A DNA stretch of 64,000 nt from a virus, in IMG/VR virus record IMGVR_UViG_3300025732_000018; one strand, written 5' to 3'. Both the position numbers and the translations under genes were made by a program. Positions 57,181 through 64,000 of this stretch are shown here, piece after piece. Numbering within the stretch: position 1 is the stretch's first letter; every line of letters begins with the position of its first letter. The notes under the pieces are model-generated. The model saw only the letters and a list, made by a program, of their open reading frames with translations, was not told the DNA's origin and searched no databases.

Positions 57181-58125
57181 ATGAACGTACGTGAAGAATT
57201 TCTCTGGGTCGAAAAGTATCGGCCCAAGACTATCGAAGATGCCGTCCTGCCGGCAGACCTGAAGAACACTTTTCAACAGTTCGTTGATCAGGGTAACATC
57301 CCTAACTTACTTCTTAGCGGGTCTGCCGGCGTCGGTAAGACGACTGTAGCCAGGGCCATGCTCGAGCAGCTCGGCTGTAACTACATCGTCATCAACGGCT
57401 CGATGAACGGTAACATCGACACCCTTCGCGTCGAGATCCAGTCGTTCGCCTCTACTGTCTCCTTCAAGGGAGGAAGAAAGTACGTCATCATCGACGAGGC
57501 TGACTATCTCAACGCCAACTCTACTCAGCCAGCCCTTCGTAACTTCATGGAGGAGTTCTCCAGCAACTGCGGCTTCATTCTTACGTGTAACTTCAAGAAC
57601 CGCATCATCGAGCCGCTCCACTCTCGCTGCTCGGTCATCGAGTTTAAGATCAGTAAGAAGGACATGCCTAAGCTCGCCTCTCAGTTCATGAAGCGAGCAC
57701 AGACGATTCTAGAGACCGAGCGAGTAGAGTACGACCGCGCGGTGCTAGCCGAGGTCATTCAGAACCACTTTCCTGACTGGCGACGAGTACTCAACGAGTT
57801 ACAGCGCTACTCGGCTACCGGCAAGATCGACAGCGGAATCTTGTCGCGACTAGAGGACGAGTCATTCTCGGCCCTCGTGTCTACGCTTAAGAAGAAAGAC
57901 TTCAACTCGATGCGCAAGTGGGTAGGTGAGAACTCTGACACCGACTCGAGCATCTTGTTTCGACGTCTCTACGATCAAGCCTACGATCTAATCAAGCCTA
58001 ACAGTATCCCTCAGCTGGTCCTCATTCTCTCGGACTATCAGTACAAGGCGGCGTTCGCTGCAAACCAGGAGATTAACCTCGCGGCGGCTCTGACACACGT
58101 CATGGCCGACGTGGAGTTTGTCTAA
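57181..58125 (+). CDS. gp44: Clamp loader large subunit gp44
   Basis: WVEKYRP, GSAGVGKTT, IIDEAD and PLHSRC. Confidence 0.95.
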   Translation: MNVREEFLWVEKYRPKTIEDAVLPADLKNTFQQFVDQGNIPNLLLSGSAGVGKTTVARAMLEQLGCNYIVINGSMNGNIDTLRVEIQSFASTVSFKGGRKYVIIDEADYLNANSTQPALRNFMEEFSSNCGFILTCNFKNRIIEPLHSRCSVIEFKISKKDMPKLASQFMKRAQTILETERVEYDRAVLAEVIQNHFPDWRRVLNELQRYSATGKIDSGILSRLEDESFSALVSTLKKKDFNSMRKWVGENSDTDSSILFRRLYDQAYDLIKPNSIPQLVLILSDYQYKAAFAANQEINLAAALTHVMADVEFV

Positions 58126-58340
58126 TGTACTACTCAGCCTGGTGCTTGGCTGGAGAGAAAGACTCAGCTAAGAAGTGCGACGGGTGTGACTGTGAGTTCA
58201 TAAAGGGCACTCGCTACATGAACGTCAAGTTCACGCTTGAGGACGGATCTAACGTCGTGCGCCTCATGAATATCTTCCTCTGTACTACCTGTATAGAGGA
58301 CTTTAGCGACTTCGTGGAGGGACCTGATGAACCCGTTTGA
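58125..58340 (+). CDS. Hypothetical Cys-rich (Zn-binding) protein inserted between gp44 and gp62
   Basis: CDGC...CTTC; coupled to both neighbours. Confidence 0.55.
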   Translation: MYYSAWCLAGEKDSAKKCDGCDCEFIKGTRYMNVKFTLEDGSNVVRLMNIFLCTTCIEDFSDFVEGPDEPV

Positions 58341-58704
58341 TTACGTCAACGCCATCAACGCTGGGAAGGACATCATCAGAGAGTCCGACTCACGAGAGGC
58401 GGCCGAGAAGGGCTACAACCCCTACATGGCTAACATAGCCCTGTCTTACCACCCAGACACCGTCATGTTCGCCAACGAGATGAACGTTAACCACTGGGCA
58501 GACCGTCTGCTTCAATATGACTATCTTATAAATACTGTCAGAAAGCGTAAGAGATTTTCTAAGTGGTACAAGCCTGACTCCGAAGAGATAGACCTTATAA
58601 AGGAGTACTACGGGGTAGGGCCTGAGATCGCTAAGCAGTATCTAAGAGTCTTATCGGCGGAACAGTTGGCCGACCTGAGAAAAAGAATAATAAAAGGTGG
58701 TTGA
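58327..58704 (+). CDS. gp62: Clamp loader small subunit gp62
   Basis: YNPYMAN..LS...D.VMFANEMN and RKRKRFSKW. Confidence 0.92.
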   Translation: MNPFDYVNAINAGKDIIRESDSREAAEKGYNPYMANIALSYHPDTVMFANEMNVNHWADRLLQYDYLINTVRKRKRFSKWYKPDSEEIDLIKEYYGVGPEIAKQYLRVLSAEQLADLRKRIIKGG

Positions 58705-59096
58705 TGATTGAGAACTTCGTTGAGGTGAGACTCAAGGAGAAGGAAGACTTTCTAAAGATAAAGGAGACGCTGACTAGGATCGGCGTCGCTTCTAAGAAAG
58801 ACAACACTCTCTACCAGTCCTGCCACATACTTCACAAGCAGTCTAGGTACTACATCGTTCACTTCAAGGAGCTGTTTCTCCTTGATGGAAAGACAGCAGA
58901 TCTGTCTGAGAGTGATATAGGCAGGAGAAACACGATAGCTAAGCTTCTAGCTGAGTGGGACCTTCTGGACATAGTCGACCCGAGTCGCATCCAGGAGCCT
59001 CAGACCAGTCTCAGTCAGATCAAGATTATTCCGTTCAAAGAGAAGAACAACTGGACTCTAGAAGCAAAGTACACTATCGGTAAAAAGAAGGGTTGA
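58704..59096 (+). CDS. regA: Translational repressor RegA
   Basis: DFLKIKETLTRIGVAS, LYQSCHILHKQ and YYIVHFKELF.LDG. Confidence 0.96.
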   Translation: MIENFVEVRLKEKEDFLKIKETLTRIGVASKKDNTLYQSCHILHKQSRYYIVHFKELFLLDGKTADLSESDIGRRNTIAKLLAEWDLLDIVDPSRIQEPQTSLSQIKIIPFKEKNNWTLEAKYTIGKKKG

Positions 59097-59121
59097 CATC
59101 TCTAGGAAGAGATACTATATT
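59093..59121 (+). promoter_or_regulatory. Sigma70-like promoter for hsp20
   Basis: TTGACA-17-TATATT; the -35 box overlaps the regA stop codon. Confidence 0.7.
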
Positions 59122-59127
59122 ATAAGA

Positions 59128-59182
59128 GTAGTCGCCTAATGGGGCTACGAATCTATGTCTCGCTTAATAGGAGAAAAACATG
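59128..59182 (+). ncRNA. ROSE-like RNA thermometer in the hsp20 5' UTR
   Basis: Two hairpins. The 3' one, TCTC(G)CT-TAAT-AGGAGA, pairs the SD and has the bulged-G UCGCU motif. Confidence 0.65.
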
Positions 59183-59698
59183 ACAGACTGGCGTACATAC
59201 AAGTTTGACCACACTTTTGCGGATCTTGACAAGTTCAACAAGTTCTTCGTCGGCTCCGACAAGCTGGTTCAAAAGGTCACAGAGACCGTCGAGCACATCG
59301 CTAAGACAGCCGGCTCTACCTTCCCACCTTTCAATCTCAAGAAGACTGACGACAATACCTACGTCATCGAGATGGCGGTTGCTGGCTTCGGCAAGCAAGA
59401 CGTCGAGCTTACTCTCGAGGACAACAAGTTAGTCATCAAGGGCCAGACTACGGTCGAGACCCTCACCGATGATGGTATTAACGTCCAGTACCTTCACAAG
59501 GGTATTGCCGACCGAGCGTTCACTCGCACCTTCTCTCTAGCAGACAACGTAGTAGTCAACAACGCTGCCATGATGAACGGAATCTTGAAGATCTGGCTTG
59601 AGCACATCATTCCAGAAGACAAGAAGCCTAAGAAGATTGACATCGCTGACTCAGTAGAACCTGCTAAGAAGACGAAGAAGCAGCTCCTCACCGAGTAA
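59180..59698 (+). CDS. Small heat-shock protein (Hsp20/IbpA-like)
   Basis: FPPFNL, IEMAVAGF, YLHKGIA.RAF.R.F.LA and NGIL.I.LE. Confidence 0.93.
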   Translation: MTDWRTYKFDHTFADLDKFNKFFVGSDKLVQKVTETVEHIAKTAGSTFPPFNLKKTDDNTYVIEMAVAGFGKQDVELTLEDNKLVIKGQTTVETLTDDGINVQYLHKGIADRAFTRTFSLADNVVVNNAAMMNGILKIWLEHIIPEDKKPKKIDIADSVEPAKKTKKQLLTE

Positions 59699-59722
59699 TC
59701 TCAAACTTTGTTATGATAAAAG

Positions 59723-59747
59723 AGTGGCTGGGTAACTCCCGGCCACT
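59723..59747 (+). terminator. Hairpin after hsp20 (putative terminator or processing site)
   Basis: AGTGGCTGGG-TAACT-CCCGGCCACT, with a weak U-tail. Confidence 0.45.
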
Positions 59748-59784
59748 TACTCATTTCACACGCGTACTAGAAAGAATAATAACA

Positions 59785-59955
59785 ATGCCTAAGATACTTA
59801 AAAACATGCTCAAGAAATACAAGAACTACAAGCTATATGCCAAGACCGTCGACGAGCTGTCTGCTCTTTCTGACAAGGACCTCAAGGACATCGGCATCTC
59901 GAGGTCTGAGATCAAGTCTGTAGCTACCAGGCAGTACATTCGCAAGGCAAAATAA
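59785..59955 (+). CDS. DUF1127 (YjiS-like) small protein
   Basis: KTVDELSALSDKDLKDIGISRSEI signature. Confidence 0.8.
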   Translation: MPKILKNMLKKYKNYKLYAKTVDELSALSDKDLKDIGISRSEIKSVATRQYIRKAK

Positions 59956-59958
59956 ATA
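59951..59958 (+). promoter_or_regulatory. Late promoter AATAAATA for the GH19 lysin
   Basis: NATAAATA about 27 nt upstream of ATG 59985, which has an AGGAG SD. Confidence 0.65.
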
Positions 59959-59984
59959 TCGCAGAACCTTTATAGGAGAGTGCG

Positions 59985-60593
59985 ATGTTAACTATGGAAC
60001 AGCTGTCTCGATGCTTTGAGACTGATAAGTCAATTCTAGAGAAGTATCTAGTTCCGCTGATCAAGTGCTTCGACAGATTCGAGATCAACACCTCAGAGAG
60101 AATCGCAATGTTTCTCGCTCAAGTTGGTCACGAGTCTGCCGGCCTTAAGACCGTCAAGGAGAACCTGAATTACTCGGCAGAGAGATTGATTCAGGTGTTT
60201 CCTAAGTACTTTAGAAACGTCAGCGCGACTTCATACGCTCGGAACCCAGAGAAGATAGCCAACCGAGTCTACGCCAACAGGATGGGAAACGGTCCTGAGG
60301 AGTCTGGGGACGGTTGGAAGTACAGGGGGCGCGGAGCCATACAGCTGACCGGAAAAGACAACTACGGTCGATTCGCGAAGTCGATGGGAATGAAGTTAGA
60401 AGACGTTCCCGCCTACCTCGAGACTCCAGAGGGAGCCATCATGTCTGCTGGTTGGTTCTGGGACGTCAATAAGCTCAACGAGTCTGCTGACGCCGAAGAC
60501 GTCGAAGCGTCGACTAGAAAGATCAACGGTGGCGTCAACGGCCTCGACGACCGAAAGAAGCACTACAAGAAGATCAGATCTATAATCGGTTGA
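59985..60593 (+). CDS. GH19 (chitinase-like) endolysin
   Basis: FLAQVGHES, ENLNYS, YRGRGAIQLTG..NY and INGG.NGL.DR. Confidence 0.88.
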   Translation: MLTMEQLSRCFETDKSILEKYLVPLIKCFDRFEINTSERIAMFLAQVGHESAGLKTVKENLNYSAERLIQVFPKYFRNVSATSYARNPEKIANRVYANRMGNGPEESGDGWKYRGRGAIQLTGKDNYGRFAKSMGMKLEDVPAYLETPEGAIMSAGWFWDVNKLNESADAEDVEASTRKINGGVNGLDDRKKHYKKIRSIIG

Positions 60594-60618
60594 CAATTTT
60601 TTAGATCCTTGATATATT
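60590..60618 (+). promoter_or_regulatory. Sigma70-like promoter for gp43
   Basis: TTGACA-17-TATATT; the -35 box overlaps the lysin stop codon. Confidence 0.7.
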
Positions 60619-60645
60619 GGTATAGTATTCTCAGCACAGGTGATC

Positions 60646-63177
60646 ATGTCAAGGTTCTACACACACGTCGATCTCGTCCGAAACGAGATCTTGCTCAGGG
60701 GCTATCAGAACGGCAAGCGCATTCAAGAGCGAATGCCGTACCGTCCCTACCTCTTCCTTCCTAAGAAGGACGGGCCGTACAAGACTCTCGACGGGGTAGC
60801 GGTCGACAAGATCGAGTTTGAGTCGGCTTCAGAGGCGCGCGACTTCATCAAGAAGTACAGCGAGGTCTCTAACTTCTCGTGGTACGGTCTCAACAACTTC
60901 CTCTACACCTTCATCTACGACGAGTATCAGGGCGAGATCGACTACGATCCGTCGTTAATCTCCGTCGTCAGCATCGACATCGAGACTCCGACTGACTCTG
61001 GCTTTCCAGACCCGCACGTCGCCAATGTCCCCATCAGCAACATCACAGTATCTAAGAACGGCAAGATCGTGGTCTTTGGCTGCGAGTACTACAAGCCTAA
61101 GCTCGACAACGTTCACTACGTCATGTGTAAGGACGAGCACGACCTGCTCAGTCGCTTCATCGTCCTGTGGCACAGCGATGAGTGGAAGCCTGACGTCGTG
61201 ACCGGGTGGAACATCGATGGGTTCGACATTCCATATCTGTACAACCGGTTAGAGCGTGTTCTCGGTGAGCGAGAAGGTCGCAAGCTCTCCCCGTGGGGTT
61301 ACGTTGAGCAACGAGAGATTATTCGTGGCAAGTCTGCTTCTCGCGGTGGCAAAGGAATTGATGACAGAATTGAAGCGTTTTATGAAATACGTGGTGTATC
61401 GTCTCTTGACTACATGGAGCTGTACAAGAAGTTCTCTTTCTCCAACCAGGAGAGCTACTCCCTTAATCACATAGCTAAGGTAGTTCTCGATCAAGAGAAG
61501 CTGGACTACTCTGAGTTCAACAGCCTGTATGAGTTCTACAAGAAAGACTACGAGCGGTTCGTGGACTACAACATTCACGACGTCGTTCTCGTCGACAGAC
61601 TCGAGGACAAGCTCGGCTTTATCAAGCAGGTGTTCGCTCTAGCGTACGACGCCAAGGTGAACTATATGGACACGATGACAACGGTGCGTCCGTGGGACGT
61701 CATCATCCACAACTACCTGATGGACAGAAAGATCGTCATTCCGCAGCGGTTAGACTCGAGCGAGGACTTCGACTTAGTCGGGGGGTACGTCAAGGACCCT
61801 CAGAACGGAATGCACCAGTGGGTAGTCTCGTTCGACTTGAACTCTCTCTACCCTCACTTGATCATGCAGTACAACATCTCTCCCGAGACGTACGTAGGAA
61901 AGCTAGAGGGCTTCTCCATCGAGTCGAGCCTGAAGGGTGTCCATGACTCCTTTCAAAAGGAGATGAAGGAACATAACGTCTGCGTAGCCGCCAACGGCTG
62001 TGCCTACACCAAGGAGCGTCACGGCTTCCTCCCTGAGATCATGGAGAAGATGTACAACGACCGCGTCGAGTACAAGAACAAGATGATTGAGGCGAAGAAG
62101 CAGTACGAGAAGACTCCCACCAAGGATCTTGAGAAGCTCATCTCTCGCTACCACAACATGCAGTTCGTTAAGAAGATCCAGCTCAACTCAGCCTACGGCG
62201 CACTCGGCAACAAGTACTTTCGCTGGTTCGACCTCAAGCACGCCGAGGCTATCACTACCTCCGGTCAGCTCGCGATTAGATACATAGAGAATGAGATCAA
62301 CGAGTATCTCAACAAGTTGCTCAATACCAAGGAGAAAGACTATGTCATTGCGAGCGATACGGATTCAATCTATATTACTCTTGACGCGCTTGTCGGTCAA
62401 CTTGGTAAAGACAAACCTGAGACTCTTAAGATCGTCTCCATCATTGATAAATTCTGTCAGGCTAAACTTGAACCGTTTATTGATGATGCTTACGAGCGCC
62501 TTGGCCGACGCGTTAATGCCTACTCCCAAAAGATGAGGATGAAGCGCGAGAACATCGCTAACAAGGGTATCTGGACAGCGAAGAAGCGCTACATCCTAAA
62601 CGTGTATGACCAAGAGGGCGTGGCCTTCACTGAGCCCAAGCTAAAGATGATGGGCATCGAGGCAATCAGGTCCTCTACTCCGGCCTCGTGTAAGGACAAC
62701 ATTAAGAAGGCACTCAAGATCATCATGTCGTCTGACGAGCGAGAGCTCAGGAAGTTCGTAGAAAACTTCAGACGTGAGTTCTCTCAGATGCCGTTCGATG
62801 AGGTCGCCTTCCCACGTACGTGCAATAAAATGGCACTTTATGCCGACGCAGCTTCTATATACAAGAAGGGTACTCCTATCCACGTTCGCGGTGCCCTTCT
62901 TTATAACAATCTCATCAAGCAGCAGAAGATGGCTGACAAGCTTCCTAGGATCATGAACGGCGACAAGATAAAGTTTGCTTACATGAAGCTTCCTAACCCC
63001 ATCAGGGAGAACGTCTTCTCGACGCCTGGAGAGATGCCGAGAGAGCTCGAGCTTGATAAATACATCGACTACGAACTGCAGTTCGAGAAAGCCTTCATTG
63101 ACCCTATCATGAGCATCCTCAAGGCCATTGGTTGGGATCTCGAGGAGAGGGCAACACTGAGTAAGTTCTGGAGCTAA
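60646..63177 (+). CDS. gp43: Family B DNA polymerase gp43
   Basis: DIET exonuclease motif I, SFDLNSLYP, KIQLNSAYG, DTDS and KKRY. Confidence 0.97.
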   Translation: MSRFYTHVDLVRNEILLRGYQNGKRIQERMPYRPYLFLPKKDGPYKTLDGVAVDKIEFESASEARDFIKKYSEVSNFSWYGLNNFLYTFIYDEYQGEIDYDPSLISVVSIDIETPTDSGFPDPHVANVPISNITVSKNGKIVVFGCEYYKPKLDNVHYVMCKDEHDLLSRFIVLWHSDEWKPDVVTGWNIDGFDIPYLYNRLERVLGEREGRKLSPWGYVEQREIIRGKSASRGGKGIDDRIEAFYEIRGVSSLDYMELYKKFSFSNQESYSLNHIAKVVLDQEKLDYSEFNSLYEFYKKDYERFVDYNIHDVVLVDRLEDKLGFIKQVFALAYDAKVNYMDTMTTVRPWDVIIHNYLMDRKIVIPQRLDSSEDFDLVGGYVKDPQNGMHQWVVSFDLNSLYPHLIMQYNISPETYVGKLEGFSIESSLKGVHDSFQKEMKEHNVCVAANGCAYTKERHGFLPEIMEKMYNDRVEYKNKMIEAKKQYEKTPTKDLEKLISRYHNMQFVKKIQLNSAYGALGNKYFRWFDLKHAEAITTSGQLAIRYIENEINEYLNKLLNTKEKDYVIASDTDSIYITLDALVGQLGKDKPETLKIVSIIDKFCQAKLEPFIDDAYERLGRRVNAYSQKMRMKRENIANKGIWTAKKRYILNVYDQEGVAFTEPKLKMMGIEAIRSSTPASCKDNIKKALKIIMSSDERELRKFVENFRREFSQMPFDEVAFPRTCNKMALYADAASIYKKGTPIHVRGALLYNNLIKQQKMADKLPRIMNGDKIKFAYMKLPNPIRENVFSTPGEMPRELELDKYIDYELQFEKAFIDPIMSILKAIGWDLEERATLSKFWS

Positions 63178-63179
63178 CG

Positions 63180-63461
63180 ATGAGCGACTACAACTTTGAC
63201 TTTGGTTTCTCCGCCGTCACAGAGGAGGAGCTGGCCGCCGTCCAAAAGAAGGACGAGGAGATAAAGTCCGCCACTGACGCCGCGGCGTCTGCTGCAGCAG
63301 AAGCAGCGAAGGCTCATGACAAGGCTAACCAGATGTATAAGATGATCACTCCTCTCTTGGACAACCTCGTAAAGGATCCTGAGAAAGAGTACATCTACTG
63401 GCCGAACCGTCAAGCGAAGATCAAGGCCTTCAAAGAGCAGCTTCAAAAAATCCTTAAATGA
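63180..63461 (+). CDS. Conserved hypothetical protein
   Basis: FDFGF...PLLDNL.KDPEKEYIYWPNR pattern. Confidence 0.7.
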   Translation: MSDYNFDFGFSAVTEEELAAVQKKDEEIKSATDAAASAAAEAAKAHDKANQMYKMITPLLDNLVKDPEKEYIYWPNRQAKIKAFKEQLQKILK

Positions 63462-64000
63462 TAAACTATCTAGCACTGGTCGTAGCGCTGTGTCTGTCGG
63501 CAGTGTCAGCATACTACTCCATAGTAGGTCTGACTGCGCTGTTCGCTGCCGCGTTCTGGCCGGTGGTGGTAATGGGAACCGCGCTCGAGGCTGGAAAGCT
63601 GGTCACGGCCAGCTGGCTCTATAGAAACTGGAGAACGGCGCCTGAGATACTGAAGGCCTATCTCTTGCTCTCGATCATAGTTCTCATGTTCATCACCAGC
63701 ATGGGAACGTTCGGGTTTCTGACCAAAGCTCACATCGACCAAACTCTCCGGATGACTGGAGAGACAGACCAACAGGTGCAGATAATCGACCAGAAGATCG
63801 AGAACATAAAGCTAGCAGTCGCCGACATCGACAAGCAAGTATCTCAGATCGACGCCGCAGTGAACAAGATGACAGATCGTGGACAAGCCACTTCCTCGCT
63901 CAGGGCGGCTGAGCAGCAGAGGAAGACCCGAGACGCTCTTACAAAGAAAAGAGACGATCATGTCAAAGATATTTCCGAACTCACGACCGAAAGAGTCAGA
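63458..64000 (+). CDS. Membrane protein with coiled-coil tail, truncated at the window end
   Basis: MINYLALVVALCLSAVSAYYSIVGL...LEAGKLVTASWLY...TSMGTFGFLTKAH; frame open to the end of the window. Confidence 0.75.
   Translation, partial: MINYLALVVALCLSAVSAYYSIVGLTALFAAAFWPVVVMGTALEAGKLVTASWLYRNWRTAPEILKAYLLLSIIVLMFITSMGTFGFLTKAHIDQTLRMTGETDQQVQIIDQKIENIKLAVADIDKQVSQIDAAVNKMTDRGQATSSLRAAEQQRKTRDALTKKRDDHVKDISELTTERVR

Noticed and set aside
24044-63177. Introns, inteins or homing endonucleases in gp17, gp20, gp23, uvsW or gp43
   Set aside because: All are continuous ORFs of ordinary length, with no splicing or endonuclease motifs seen.
173-63772. Many antisense and alternate-frame ORFs in the ORF track (e.g. 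2359..2880, 27998..28414, 30854..31237)
   Set aside because: They overlap well-supported genes, lack motifs and are explained by codon bias.

Overview
This 64-kb window is part of a large T4-like myovirus genome. The host is probably an alphaproteobacterium, inferred from a DUF1127 gene, a ROSE-like Hsp20 leader and an Ile2-type tRNA. 1-18.7 kb: two paralogous triads (GYTGS collagen-like fibre, tail-fibre chaperone, RCC1-repeat propeller protein) flank two glycosyltransferase genes. 18.7-21.3 kb: an antisense four-gene ADP-heptose-type operon shares a face-to-face late promoter with the neck genes. 21.4-35.5 kb: the canonical T4 morphogenesis block (gp13-gp23), with an expanded prohead-core protein that looks like a polyprotein. 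35.6-36.7 kb: a leftward island with two tRNAs and three tandem sigma70-like promoters. 36.7-64 kb: recombination, late-transcription and replication genes (gp3, uvsY, uvsW, gp55, gp47, gp46, gp45, gp44, gp62, regA, gp43). This arm is interrupted by a duplicated PP-loop ATPase cassette and by a DNA-hypermodification locus (dCMP hydroxymethylase, GalE-like epimerase, unknown GT-B-like protein, UDP-galactopyranose mutase, atypical C5-methyltransferase). The best candidates for undescribed systems are (1) furanose-sugar hypermodification of hmC DNA, (2) late-expressed ADP-heptose glycosylation of collagen-like fibres, and (3) the A-B-B'-A' PP-loop ATPase plus cupin cassette. All calls come from motif recognition by eye; no database searches were run.
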